Assembly: GCA_038496445.1 (NCBI GenBank)
Contig: JALMLS010000035.1
Span: 46,897 to 110,896 of the forward strand
Reading direction: 5' to 3'
DNA from: Trichosphaerium sp. ATCC 40318
Taxonomy: Eukaryota; Protista; Tubulinea
Length of the DNA: 64,000 bases
Shown here: one piece after another, positions 36,987 to 49,348 of the stretch
Position numbering within the stretch: the stretch's first letter is position 1
Layout: the number at the start of each line of letters is the position of its first letter
Program-made: the position numbers and the translations under genes
Notes under the pieces: model-generated
Database searches by the model: none
What the model was told of the DNA's origin: nothing
The model's input: the letters and a program-made list of their open reading frames with translations, nothing else

Positions 36987-39247
36987 TTACTGGTTGTTGG
37001 CTGCTTCTTGGAGTTTCTTCTTCCATATTGTAATTTGTTCATACAATTCCTTAGAGATTGGGTCATGAGCCTTTGGACAAGCGTTCCATTCAGTCTCAAC
37101 ACGTTTCTTGATAGTATCGAAATCATCCCAAGTGTGACCCTTAATAGGACCCTACAAAAGAAGTCAGTATCTGAGAAAAAAACACTACAAAACGCAAGAG
37201 CACGTACACAATCATAGACAACTTTGAGGAGGTTCTTCTCTGGGTCTACTTTTTCATCTGCACCGCAAGGGTAGATTACTGGAGCGCCCTTATCGTTACG
37301 GATAACCTTAAGAATACCTGGGAAGCTGATTTTTCCAGAATCTGTTTTTGGACATTTCATGACCTTTCTCTCATCTCCATTGGCGTAGCGAATGTAGCAC
37401 AATTTTGTAGCGAATGACATGGTGTCACGGTTGACCTTCATTAGGAGTCCACCACCCATACCGAAACCGACCTATCAACAAAAGATAAGACACAAAGCAA
37501 CTTAAACTCCGAGCAACTTTGTAACGTACACATTGGACAGAGAAGCCCTCAGCAACAACAGCCTTCAAGATTTTTGCGACAATTGCGTAGTTGATACCAT
37601 CACCTTGAATTACGTTGTATCTACAGAGTAAAACAAAATCGTCAGTAAAGATAAAAATGTGAAAAAAAAAAAGATATTCTTACCCTTTTACAACCTTGTA
37701 ACCCTTTGAGTTAGTTTCAAATCCGCCAGTCTTAGCACCTGCCTTCAAAGCAGCAACAACACAATCTGTTGGATCACCAGAATCTGGGCGAATAACCATG
37801 ATCGATTTACCACGCTCCTAAAGGCTGTGAGAAAAGAAAATACTCGCCGAATTCAAAAACCAAAAAAATAGTTTCAATCAGGATTTGGACCTCTATTGCG
37901 TACCGTCTTGTAAGTATGTAAAGCAGGCAAGAGATTGTCAAGCGCGTGGTTGTAATCATATGAATCGAAAACAACAGAGAAGATGGCATTATCGTTACCG
38001 TAAAGGGTCTGCATCTTCTTAATTGCTTCCTTTTCAGTACGGAAAGATGTCATAACGGAGTGTTCGCTAGCAGGTACACTAGTAGCAACAGGTTTACCTC
38101 CATTGAGAGTAAATTGAGCGTAGTAGCAAGCGCTCATTGTATCAGATCCTTCAAAGTTGATCAAATGAGCTGTACCACCCAAGATGGATTGTTCTACGCT
38201 TGAGCAACCTACGAGGACAAAAATGATCAACAACCAATCGAGTTACAAAGAAATAAAATAAAAACAAACGTTTCGCTCCAAACCAAGGAAAGAAGCGATT
38301 AGAGCATCAACGCCTTCGTTTTTCAACGGAAAACGGTTCTTTTTCTTTTAATTGAAAAGTTTTTTCGTTACGCACCTCTGAAGCCGAAATCGTGAAGGCG
38401 GGAGTTAAGCAAAAATCTTGCGCTATCATCTACAGTTTTATCAAAAGCCTAGGAGCAACTTTAGTAAAAGATTGATAAAAATAAAGCATACTTCTCCAAT
38501 TAGCGCCTTTGTTCTTCTGGAGAGGGTAGCTACAGTTGTAGGATACCAGACTAAACATAACTGTTAGCTAAAACACTTTTGAACCAAAACTATAATTAAG
38601 TTGTCGAAAACCAGACAGTGCGTCTGGTGCCACCCATAGCAATTTTTTCACGCTGGTGAATCAATCTAAATATTCTTTTTTTGTTTTTAGCGTACTGTGA
38701 GTTAAAATAGTCTCCAAAAAGGTTACAAGGCGTGAATACTCTCCCTTAGCAGTAATTTGATAGACTGGGACGTGAATATTGGCAACAGTTCCTAAACGTA
38801 GCGTTAGAAAGATGTTTGTGCTTTGTTTTTGTGCGTACCCTCTGGCAAGGCTTCTATCTTTACAGGAAAGTAACCATTATTCTCTTTAACCTAACCGTGG
38901 TCAGTTTGTGGTTTTTTGAAAGCTAAAAGGCGTACAAATTTTTTAAAGAGGTCAGCAGGGAATGGGTAAGGCGTATGGCCTACGTTATGAGTGGAATAAA
39001 ATTTAGCTGCGTTATTAACGGCCTCTTCTGTCCACTGCTTGCAAAGATAGTTCTCTACGATGTAACGTATACCGTAAAAGACAAATCGAGTGTCTTCCGT
39101 ATCCCTCTTGCCAGATTTTGGGTCTTTGAAAGGTGCTCTAAACTCGCCGTAGGCAACCATTTGCTGAGACTCTGGGTATTGCTCAAAATGCCCAGCTTTG
39201 TAGGAGTCAGTAAGTACGGAGATTGGTACACCAAACTGTGTGGTCAT
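36987..39247 (-). CDS. NAMPT: Nicotinamide phosphoribosyltransferase, multi-exon
   Basis: LTDSYKAGH, LHDFGFRG, AHLINFEGSD, SVPASEHSVMT, SVVFDSYD, VIRPDSGD, IQGDG, FGMGGGLL..VNRDT. Confidence 0.93.
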
Positions 39248-39424
39248 GATGGTCGTTTAACGCTTTGTGGTAAAAATAACTACGAACGCCGTTGACTTTA
39301 CAACGGTACTTTTAGCTGAAACGGCCAGGCTGTGTAATGTGTTCAAATAAAGGTACCACGGCTACGCACTTCTGAAAAGTCGCTCACTTTTGCAAATCTC
39401 TGAACCTTCTCCAAGTTTTTGTTT

Positions 39425-40685
39425 ATGTTTTGTCTTAAGAACTCCCTGAGATACCACTATCGGTTGTAGGGCAATGCGAAACGTTTTGCTACATAAAAGA
39501 GTGTTCAGAGCGTATACGCATCAGAGATTACAGCCAACGGTTCGAACAGGTAACATAGCGCTAATTTTAAAGCTTAACGGATTTACAAGACAAACAATAA
39601 ACCAGACACAACAAAGTTCTTTTCAAAATACGTTAGACCGCGTAACAGACGACCTTCGGCACTTAGAACACCAAAGACGCTTTCGGCAGCCACATCCGAG
39701 TTACTACTGCTGTTTAGAAAGCTTGTTTCTACAAAAGACGCTCATACTGCGTACTTGTTTGTCGCAGGTATATTGGCTTATTCCTAAGTGAACTCCTGAT
39801 CGAATTCGACAATTAACGTTTGCAGACAGATTGCGAATGATACGGCAAGACCTAACACAACAAGGGTGTAAGGACGGAAGAGCACTCGATATCACAGAAA
39901 GCCATGTGACATTCTGTATGACACGTGAAACTATTCTTTTTTTTTGTTGTTTCCATTCAACTAGTTTTTACCAAACTACTGACACCTATCATCCAGATAT
40001 AGAATCTTTGCACTTATTTTCACGTATGGCAAAATTTGAGGTGCAACCATTACAGAAGATGATATCCGATTGTTTGATCACGTGCCGGTCAATTTGTATC
40101 CTCCTAACAAAACAAAACTTTTTGTTTTTATCATATCTTTTAACTCGATAGATAAGTACTACAGGACGCTAAATTTGCGATGTGTTAATGAGGCAGAATA
40201 CCTGGGTTATACTCTACTTCTTTCCCCAGTTATTGATCAAAACTTCTTGATCTCATTACCACTGGATGTTTTCGAAACGGAGACCTTTAACAATGTCCTA
40301 TCGGTGAGTGTGCATGTTTATTGTGGCAATGTTTAATCGTACAAACTTAGACTTGCCTTGCTCGCGATACACACAATTATATAGCTTTTTTTAGATGCCT
40401 ATCCAAGCTACCAAACCATGCATCTTGGTTGGCATATCAATATGGGCCTCAAGTGCGCACACAAGCCTTCCGATCAATGAACAGAGCATATGTTAAAACT
40501 GTACTAATTGACTAACTTATTGTTTTTTTTTCTAATATTGATTTCAGGAAGTCATATCTTATATTGATCTACAAGAGTTGCTTGGATTTATAAGTAAAGA
40601 TGAATTGTATGCGTTTTGCAACCTACGAGGTGTTTTTCAAACGAGGGATGGTGTACAATTCAGAAAAAATCCTTTGATCTTGTAA
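39425..40685 (+). CDS. SAC3/GANP-family PCI-domain protein (SAC3D1-like), multi-exon, start uncertain
   Basis: VVGQCETFC..E..ER, KYVRP..PSALRTPKTL, LRMIRQDLTQQG, VRTQAFRSMNRAY..LQELLGF..FCNLRG. Confidence 0.7.
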
Positions 40686-41044
40686 AATACAAAATAACTA
40701 GTTATTTCTAGCAACTTCACTTTCTCCCCGTTAGCCCCTTTAAACCAACATCATTTGAACTGTGTGAAACTATTTTTGCAGGTGTCTCAATAGCTGTGGT
40801 GTCACTTACGGGTAGTTTCAACTGGCTTGTACTGATTCTGAAGTCCACACATACTCAGTTGTTTTAACGTACAATACTTCTTGTTGCAAGATGTAAATAC
40901 CTCCCGATAAAAAAATAACAGCAAAAAGTTCTTTGATTTCACTCGGTAAGTTTGTTGTTTTACAGACACAGAAAAAAAACTGGACGAACTTGATAAGGTT
41001 CTCAGCTTTTTATGATTGATTTTTTTTTTTGAGTTTTTTTGTAA

Positions 41045-41181
41045 TACAGTTAACCTGACCTTTACGCCTGTTAGACGGCAGAACTGTAGTTTGTTTTTTC
41101 GGATAAATCCATCCACCTTTGTGCAGAGTGTAGTTATCCTGACATTTACGCCTGTTTTGAGACGGCAGGACTACAGTTGCA
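41045..41181 (-). ncRNA. Candidate structured RNA: two related hairpins (41045-41088 and 41122-41181)
   Basis: Conserved core CTGCCGTCT-loop-AGGCGTAAA(T/G)GTCAGG with compensatory basal stems. G-U pairs form only on the minus strand. Confidence 0.4.
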
Positions 41182-41229
41182 GTAGAAGCTTAATTCCTTG
41201 TTATATTTCAGCTCCCTCACATTTTTAAA

Positions 41230-44200
41230 CAACACATGTTTCAACTGAAAAAAAATGTGGTAAGCGAACAACGAAATCTCGCTTGTAGAGGGTTGCAAAC
41301 AAAGCCAAACTGAGCGACTCAATGCGTCTTGCTAGAAAATGATTTTTGAAAGATTAGGTTGATACTTGTACGTATTAATTACGCACACCACCGAGTAAGA
41401 ACCTCAAACAGCTTAAATTGAGGGTCAGATCGAAAAGCGTTTCCTGGAAAGCATCAGTTTGTCATTTCACTGAAAACAACCTTGTTTTTTAGCTGATTCC
41501 CAACGCAGGTTTCTAAATATCGAAACATAAAAAAATTACATTGGGGTACCACGATTTACACAAATTGCAGTTTGTGGGTTTCAAAAAGCTAGCGCTTGAA
41601 GCATCAAACTTAATGAGTTAACAACCCAGACATTTTACTTAAACAATCTACACTTGCATCTTAGAGACCTCCTCTTGTACCACTTTAAGAACTTGACAAA
41701 CTTCGAGTAGCCTTCTGTTACCTTCTCCAGCGAATACAACAACTATGAATAAGGTAAGTCAGAACACGTTTTGTGGAAACCAATGAAACGTGCCTTTTTT
41801 ATCAAGATCGTCCATTTCCTGTGTAAGAACGGATAGTTCCTTTATTATTACTGATTTAAATTGCTGATTAACATCTTGTTCTTCGCTTCGAACAGGATCT
41901 CGTGCCCTGGGTTGTACCAGATCTGAGATTGTCGCCATTTTCTTAAAGAAAAACAAGAGTCAGCAGCTAAGAAAAAAAACTCAGTTTCTTACTTTTTTAA
42001 TAGCAGCTACTGATGCTCCTACGGTCCTTAGTTGTTGAATAGTAAAGTAGTTTTCCTCAAGTCGTAGGTGGGTTTTCTTAATCTTCGGTCTAATGTCGGT
42101 AGCAGTCAATCTTGAGGCCCAATTACATAAAGTATTCAACTTTCTTTGAAGAGCTGGATCGACTCCTTTAGCAGGTTCTGTTGTTTGCCTTTTTACACTA
42201 ACTACGACCCAGATGTATTAGATCACACTCGCCTAGTGCTTTATTTGTTTAACGTACTTGCTGAAAAGCGTGCATTAGGTGTTGGCCTTATTTGTTGTTC
42301 AACTGTGTATGTAGGTCCAGAAGGTTTTGGTTTTGCTCTTGGTTGACTCGTGTTCACATTACTCTTTAAGTTTACCTTTGAATTTGAGTATTCCAAGTTA
42401 GAAGGAGGTGGTTGTGGTATTTTGATTAATCCTAAAGCTATCTTGTCTTCGTCATCAAGCTCATCTTCAATCTTTTTTCTTCTTGCAAAAGCTATAACGA
42501 AATTACTTGTCAATGTCCACCAGGGTGCCTATTGGCTCGGGTTGAAGGATTAAAGTAACGTACATTCTCTGGCTTCCATTGTGTCCGTTCTTGGTTTAGT
42601 TACAACCTCACCTGTTGGTGTTTTTTGAGCACCTTCATCCAAAATTGTAAATCTATCCAACAACGCAACAATCGCTGGAACTGTTGTCATGTCCCTCGCT
42701 ACTTCGCCCTATATCTCACCTGTTAGAAATTGATGTAATTCTTAATACGATTATAGTTTCGGATTACACTTGCCTTTTCCTACAGAGAAGAAACAAGTTA
42801 GTTATAAATGTATAGACAAAAAAAAAAGATGAAGATTAAAAGAATGTAACTGTAGCATACGTTCGGAATAGATTTATCAGCCTTCTTCTCCAATAGCATC
42901 TCAACGGTATCTGCACGTCTCCAGAAAGTAGCATAATGAAGAGCAGTCCACTAAAAAAGAAGTAAATCGGGTTGAATAAACTTGGCAAGAATAGTCGTAC
43001 TCCAGCCTTTAGTATGATGTCACGTGAGAGATAGCTTGATAGAGTAGTAACTTAAAATTAACAAAAAAATACGCACCCCCTAAAGAGGAAGAGTCAGCTT
43101 TCTAAAGCGGGAAATATATAAAAAACCAACTGTATCATTTAATGGGGTACCAAATTCACGTGCTTCGCAAAAAAAAAGCAAAAGAGGGTTTTCGGTCGTA
43201 CATCCTGCTTGTTGATATCTAGTCTTTCACATTTTAACATAGCCAAAATAATATCTGGACTGTGTTGACTTGCATAATGGAATGGTGTCTATATAGTGAA
43301 TGTGTTTGACACTATAATAATAATGAAATATGACGTACTTTCTAGCAAAAAGGTAAGTACAATAAAAAAAAACCAAACCTGTCATATTGTCAACGTACGC
43401 CTTCAATCTACAGTTAATAGTTAGTAATGGTTAATAAATAAATACAATCACGTGTGCGTACATTAGCTATATTAGGATCTGATCTGTTTTTTAATAGAGC
43501 CTCAGCAACACGAGTATAACTTAGTTCCGAAGCAAAATGCAAAGGTGTCTGAAAACAACCACTTAACAACCAAAAAACCAGAGCAAAACAACAACTGAAC
43601 GTACCCACTACCAAAGTATTTATACAATAACCAAATATACACATTGTCGTTATTTTTACACTCAAGGAATCGACGTACCCCTTTCTAAAAATAAAGTAAG
43701 ATACCAGAAACTTTGTTTAATTAAAACACAACTGCTTACTGTATCTTGAGCGTCCACTTCTCCTTTGTACTGACAAAGCAACTCTATGGCTTTTGGCCTA
43801 TTACCAGATGCCGCTGCATGCATTGCAGTCTATTTAAATTCATTTAGCATGTCAGATGTTTTGTTTCCGCACCAACTACAAAATGTTAGAATCATTTAAC
43901 TGGTGTTTGCTAATTTGTACATTTGATGGAGCTTTGGCGTTCACTTTAGCTCCTTCGTGTATCAGAAAACGCATAGTCTCCACGTGCCCCCATTGTGCTG
44001 CTACAGATAATAGAGGCTTTTTTGTTAACGTTAGGACACTAACAGAAGTACGACAGAGTTAACCACGACTTACCTTCTGTTGTGTAATCGTTAATTGTAG
44101 TTTTTGAATACCATTGTTAGTATCAACATCCTACAATCATACGTACCCCTTCCTATATTTAAAACGTACTTTAGAGTTACAACTTCAAAATAATTAATAG

Positions 44201-44556
44201 CGTACATACTAAAAAAAACCCGCATTAGTAACAAAACAACACTCAATTTCAAAAAAATTATGTAATCACGTGCGTCCTGAACTGTATTTACTGGATCGTA
44301 ATTTTTAGACCATAACTTTAATGTACTCTTTAGAGCACTTGTCCTTCCTGCCTTAGCTTGCGCAACAGCTACTTTAGAGTTCCCTGAAGTAATGTTGATG
44401 TTAGCACTAGCGTAAGCAAGCAACTTCGTAACTGGCTAACGTGGATTTTCCTCCAGTCCCTGCAGGATTGCCTGAAACGAACTTTTGGCTCTTTTTCAGT
44501 CTCTGAGGCTTTGGATCCTTATCCTTCTTTGATTTACCCCAGAATAACGATGCCAT
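41230..44556 (-). CDS. Ankyrin-repeat protein with 11 microexons and a coiled-coil C-terminal part, 3' end uncertain
   Basis: ATG at 44556. Five full ankyrin repeats reconstruct to 33 aa each once 3-9-nt AG|exon|GT(GC) units are included. Confidence 0.85.
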
Positions 44557-44819
44557 TATGTATTGTCCGTTGTAACCGCGAGTATGAACTGAAAATACAC
44601 TAAGAGCGCTTAAACTTTTTGTTTCTCTGACTGAACCTCTTCTCAAGAATACTTACGGAGTATACGGACTTAGCGCACCGAGTGCTCAGGCTGTTGTACT
44701 CTTATACACCAGCAAAGATCAAAGAAAAGCGTCTGTACAACAGAATTTTTACGGTTTCAAATTCAGTCAATAGCACGGTTATTTTCTAATTGTTTGAAAT
44801 AAACATAGAGTGGAGCCGA

Positions 44820-47800
44820 ATGCTCCAATAGGCGCACCTATTCAAAGTATAATAGGACTCTCGATGGTATGGTTGTGAAACCAACTCTCCAAGTACGTAA
44901 TCTAACGATTTCCATAGCAGGATAATATAAAGTACACTGTACAAGTACTGTACGCTTTCAAGACCGATAAAGGCTTCTCAGTTGATGCTGGCGATGTTTG
45001 CAGTGTAACCGATGACAATGTACATAAGACGACCGCAAACTAGTTTATATCATCAAATTATTGGCTTCAAGATGTTTAACATCAAATTAGAACGATTGGA
45101 TGCTAGTATGGAAAGGAAAAGGCGCTGAACGCGCTGGTTGGGTGCCTAGAACTTATTGCAGGATACTAAAAGGCAAACAAAAAATACTGCGTTAATGCTA
45201 ATTTTGACAAAGGCTTCAGTAAAGCACCAACAAGCGCGCCCAGGAGGCTAGGTATGGCATTTATTGTTATTCTAAATCTTGTCATTAACGTGTGACAAAA
45301 GTGTGGACGCATACAAAGAAAGTGACCCTAAGCGGTAAGCGCCAAACGGCGTCTAGCATTGTATCCATAGGAAACGACGTTTGGGTTGGGTTGTCGGATG
45401 GAATGATTAAAATCTTCTCAAGAGAGGTACATGATACGTATTTAGTTATAAAAACACTCTCAAACGTAAAGTAATACCACTTTACGACTTAAAATGGAAA
45501 AAGACTGCAACATGCTTTTTTGAGCCTTTTTTTTTCTTGTGTTTTTTTCGGAGGAATCTTGTTTTTGCGTCTCTTCAGCGCGTTTACACTCTATAGGGCA
45601 CAGAGCTTAACGAATTTCGAGTTCACAACTCAGCTATCAGTAGTATGACTTATGTCAATGAAATTGTATGGGTAGTGACAGATGATGGATCATTATTCCT
45701 GTATACACCTGGAGTACGTCTCATGAAAAAAATATGTTAATTACGGAATATTTTTTTGAATAATTTCCTGTTTTAGCATTACAAAAAAAGAAAGAAACTG
45801 AAGGTGTCTAATGGGTTGATAAGCGTAGTTATACCTTCAAGAGATAGTGGTGGTGTTATTGTCGGCGATTCTTCGGGTACCATCACATGGCTTTCGGAGG
45901 TACCTTTTTTTTCTGTTTTTCTTGCTTCCTTCTTGTTTTTTCTCTTTTCTCTTCCTCGTTCTTTGCTGGGAAAAAAATCCAGACTACATAAACAACAACT
46001 ATACGCATAATTACAAACCGGAAAAGAATCATGATCTATTTCCTATTTGCAGCGCACCTGAAGAACAAAAACCATTTTGATTTCCTTGCTAAGCAACTAT
46101 TTGTTATTCACGTTTAATAATAGAACTACGAAAGTGTGGCCATCACACATGTCCAGGATGAACAACCTGTAACTGCATTAGCAGTTAAACAAGTGAAAGA
46201 CTTTAAAAAGACGGTCCTATGGGTAGGATCTAACTCTGATATTTACGTATTTAATTATTCAACAAAACAAATCCTTTTCAAATTCGTAGCTCACAAAGGT
46301 AAACAATCAACTTCTTTCAATCAAAAAAATCGACTAAAAACACTTGATAGGTATCGTAAATGATATAGTGATAATGGGTGACTACTTCTGGACGTCAGGA
46401 GACAACTCAATTTTGGTGTGGAACTCAGGGGTATGCAATCTTTTCTCTTCTGTTTTTCAGAATAGTAACGCCCTTTCTTAACTCTTATTAGGCGCGAGAG
46501 ATAGCACATTTCAAAGACCATAATGGTCGTATAACTAGCCTTGCCGCCATTGATGATCACCACGTCATCAGTAGCTCTGCAGATAATAGTATGATAGTGT
46601 GGGCTGCTCAAGTATGTTCTTTTTTTTAGCTGGTATTACAAGAACTCACATCGCTCCTATTAGTCCCGTAAAAAACTCCAAACACTGAAGAACACTGATC
46701 ACGCTGTAACTTGTGTTACTCTCAACGATGAAACTATAATTGCTTGTACGTATACTGAAGGGACAAGAAAAAAAAAACCTCACATTCACTGTGCTTTCAA
46801 AGTAATGTTTGCATTCACCATGTTGTTTACCATCAACTTTGCAACAATTTTAGGACTCTTGCTACGTTGAAGTCTTCTTTTGTGCTAATGTTTGTATACC
46901 AATAGGTCATGCTAACCAAACTATTTCTTGGTGGAATACCCCAGATTCTCTTCTAAGGCGTACAGATGAGGAAAAGCAGATTGTTGCATTGGCAATAACA
47001 CCTAAACGCAAAAAAAAGCACAGAAAACAAAGGTCTGTTGTAAGTCCCGTAGAAGATGCTGAACAGACCCAACCAAATTCATATAAGAGATCCTCAAATA
47101 AAAAGAAGAAATCAAATGAAGCACAAGATAAGCACTTACAACCAAAAGACGAAGCACACCGTAAAAAAACTAGCAAAAAAGAAGTGAGTTTTTTTCTAGT
47201 CAAGCACTCTCTTTTATTCTTCTTTCATGCTCTTTTTTCGCAGTGTCTATTGTTTTTCTTATTTCTAATATTTACTTCAGGATAAAACGGACCTTCCACC
47301 AACTCTACCACCTAAACCAAGGTAACTTACTCAGCACTCTTGTCGAACTTTGTTGGCAGAGTTTTTTTGTTTTTTGACTATCCACCCTTATTGAACAAGT
47401 GTTTGACTTTTTTTTCAGTCACTTGCCTGCTCCTGAAATAGTAAAGGTTAAGGGTAAACAAAAGAGAAAGTCAAAACAACTAGTAAAACAGCAGCAAGCA
47501 ACGAAAAACAACAACGAACCAAAACACCAAGATTCTTTAGTAGCAGTGAAATCGGACACTGTCAAACGTATTGATTTATCACGTGATAAACCACGTCGTG
47601 CACTTGATAGTGTATTCAACCTAGTCGATCCCAAAAGCCTTGATCCAGCACTCTTAGGTGCGCCAATACCTAAACAATTCGTTCCTGGCGCAAAGCGTAC
47701 TGGTGCACCTGAGGGAGGTCTTGCATCAAAAATGCATCATAGATTTACATCCAAAGCGGAGCAAAAATGCGAAGAATCTTCATCTCATTCTGTTCCAAAG

Positions 47801-49015
47801 GTAGAACGCGAGATTCATCAACATCCTCGCTTAGGTTTCTCTAAGAGTATGGAAGAAGCTTCAGTAACATCTCTAGAAGATATGTCATCATCTCATTCTA
47901 GTGATGAGCTTAGTGATCCTACAAGCAGTGAAGAGATTATCACTGTTGTTAGACCTGTAACTCGTATACCTATTCCACGTATGACTGTTTCAACACGACC
48001 AAAGTCATGTCCTCGTACTATTGGAGATGTTCTCTCTGCTGCAGCCAAAACTCCAAGGAATTCAGTAAAACGAAATATACCACCAAGACATGCACCACCG
48101 CTACCACCGACAAGTCCTGAACCTGAAGTTGAACTGACTCTTGCAGAGCTCAACAAGGTTCTATGTGCTAACTTGGTACCACCGCCTTCAAATGAAGTCA
48201 AGCAACCACCTAGCTTAAGTATATCAAGTATATCAAGTACTAGTAGCTCGATGAGTAAGCCTAAACCAATTGTGGTAGATCTTGAAAAGAGTACGTCAAG
48301 TTAACTATTTAAACCACCTTGGAACAAAAAACACCATTTCACACAAAAAAAAAGTCACGTGAATCAGAATGCTCACCACCATTTGTTTTTATCACTAATG
48401 TCGTTTACTTCATCACTTTGGGTTTTTCCTTATAAATACACGTGTGTTTCAAGTGAAAGTTAACTGGATTTTTTTAGTAGGTGCTCGGCCAGCACAAAGG
48501 TCAACAAGTGTAAATCTAAGAAATATACCTTTGTATCAAACAGCACCTGTTGAAGATGACTCCGATGAGGTTTATATACCACAAATGATGCTAGCTGGTC
48601 CTCCTGAACTTGCAGTGCGTATGGACCTTGCAGATTATACTGTACGACACTTTAAGGTGTTTGTGGAGTATCAAAGTACTACACATAACCTAGAGTTTAA
48701 GTGTAAGGACCTACACACATTTACCAATGAGGTACGTTCTACTAACTCTACCTTGTTGAATTTTTTATGAAGCACCCTGCCTGCACCGTGTGAAGGTTGT
48801 TTTTTTGTTTGATGACTTCAAATAGTTGCTATTACTTTTTTTGAACTTGTGCTTGTGTCTTATTGCTTGTATTTTTTTAGGTTGCGTTAAGACTTGGTCT
48901 TATGGCGAAATTTTCTATGGAGTATTATGATGATGAAAGAGGCGATTGGCCTTCTTTGGTTGTGCTTAATGAAATACCAAATAAAGTACGATTACGTGTC
49001 GTACCACCCATGTAA
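44820..49015 (+). CDS. SH3 + WD40 beta-propeller protein with Lys/Pro/Ser-rich middle and small C-terminal domain, multi-exon, start uncertain
   Basis: SH3-like VLYAFK..GDV..DWMLV..GWVPRTY. WD-like VWVGLSDGMIKIF and HNGRITSLAAIDDHHVISSSADNSMIVW. Stop at 49013-49015. Confidence 0.72.
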
Positions 49016-49348
49016 TATAAAAATAAAATAATAAAAACGCGTGCTTTGTACAAAAACAAAAAGGTACTCACAATACACTCCAGATAAAAATATGCGACAG
49101 TAGGCGAATATAACGTTGTTCAGTGGTAAATGTGTTGGGCATTACACGCAATCAATAAGTCAGTGGACTAGCTATACACGAATCAACCTATGCTAACTAT
49201 GGACGCTTTGGTTAGTATTGCACAATCTAAGGAAAAGAAGAATACTGTTGTCCTTCAATGTCGTTTTTTTGTGAATCAAAAGAAAAAGTCAACCAAAAGT
49301 CTGTAATTGTGTTTAGTTTTACATAAAATAGTAAGCCTATAAATAACG

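Noticed and set aside
12703-39298. GTTGACTT as a promoter motif (12703, 15589, 39291)
   Set aside because: It also occurs inside coding exons (about 1167 and 43264), and there are too few cases.
41045-41181. Canonical H/ACA snoRNA or SECIS
   Set aside because: Pocket-to-ACA distance is not 14-16 nt and there is no AUGA/GA quartet. Kept only as an unclassified structured candidate.
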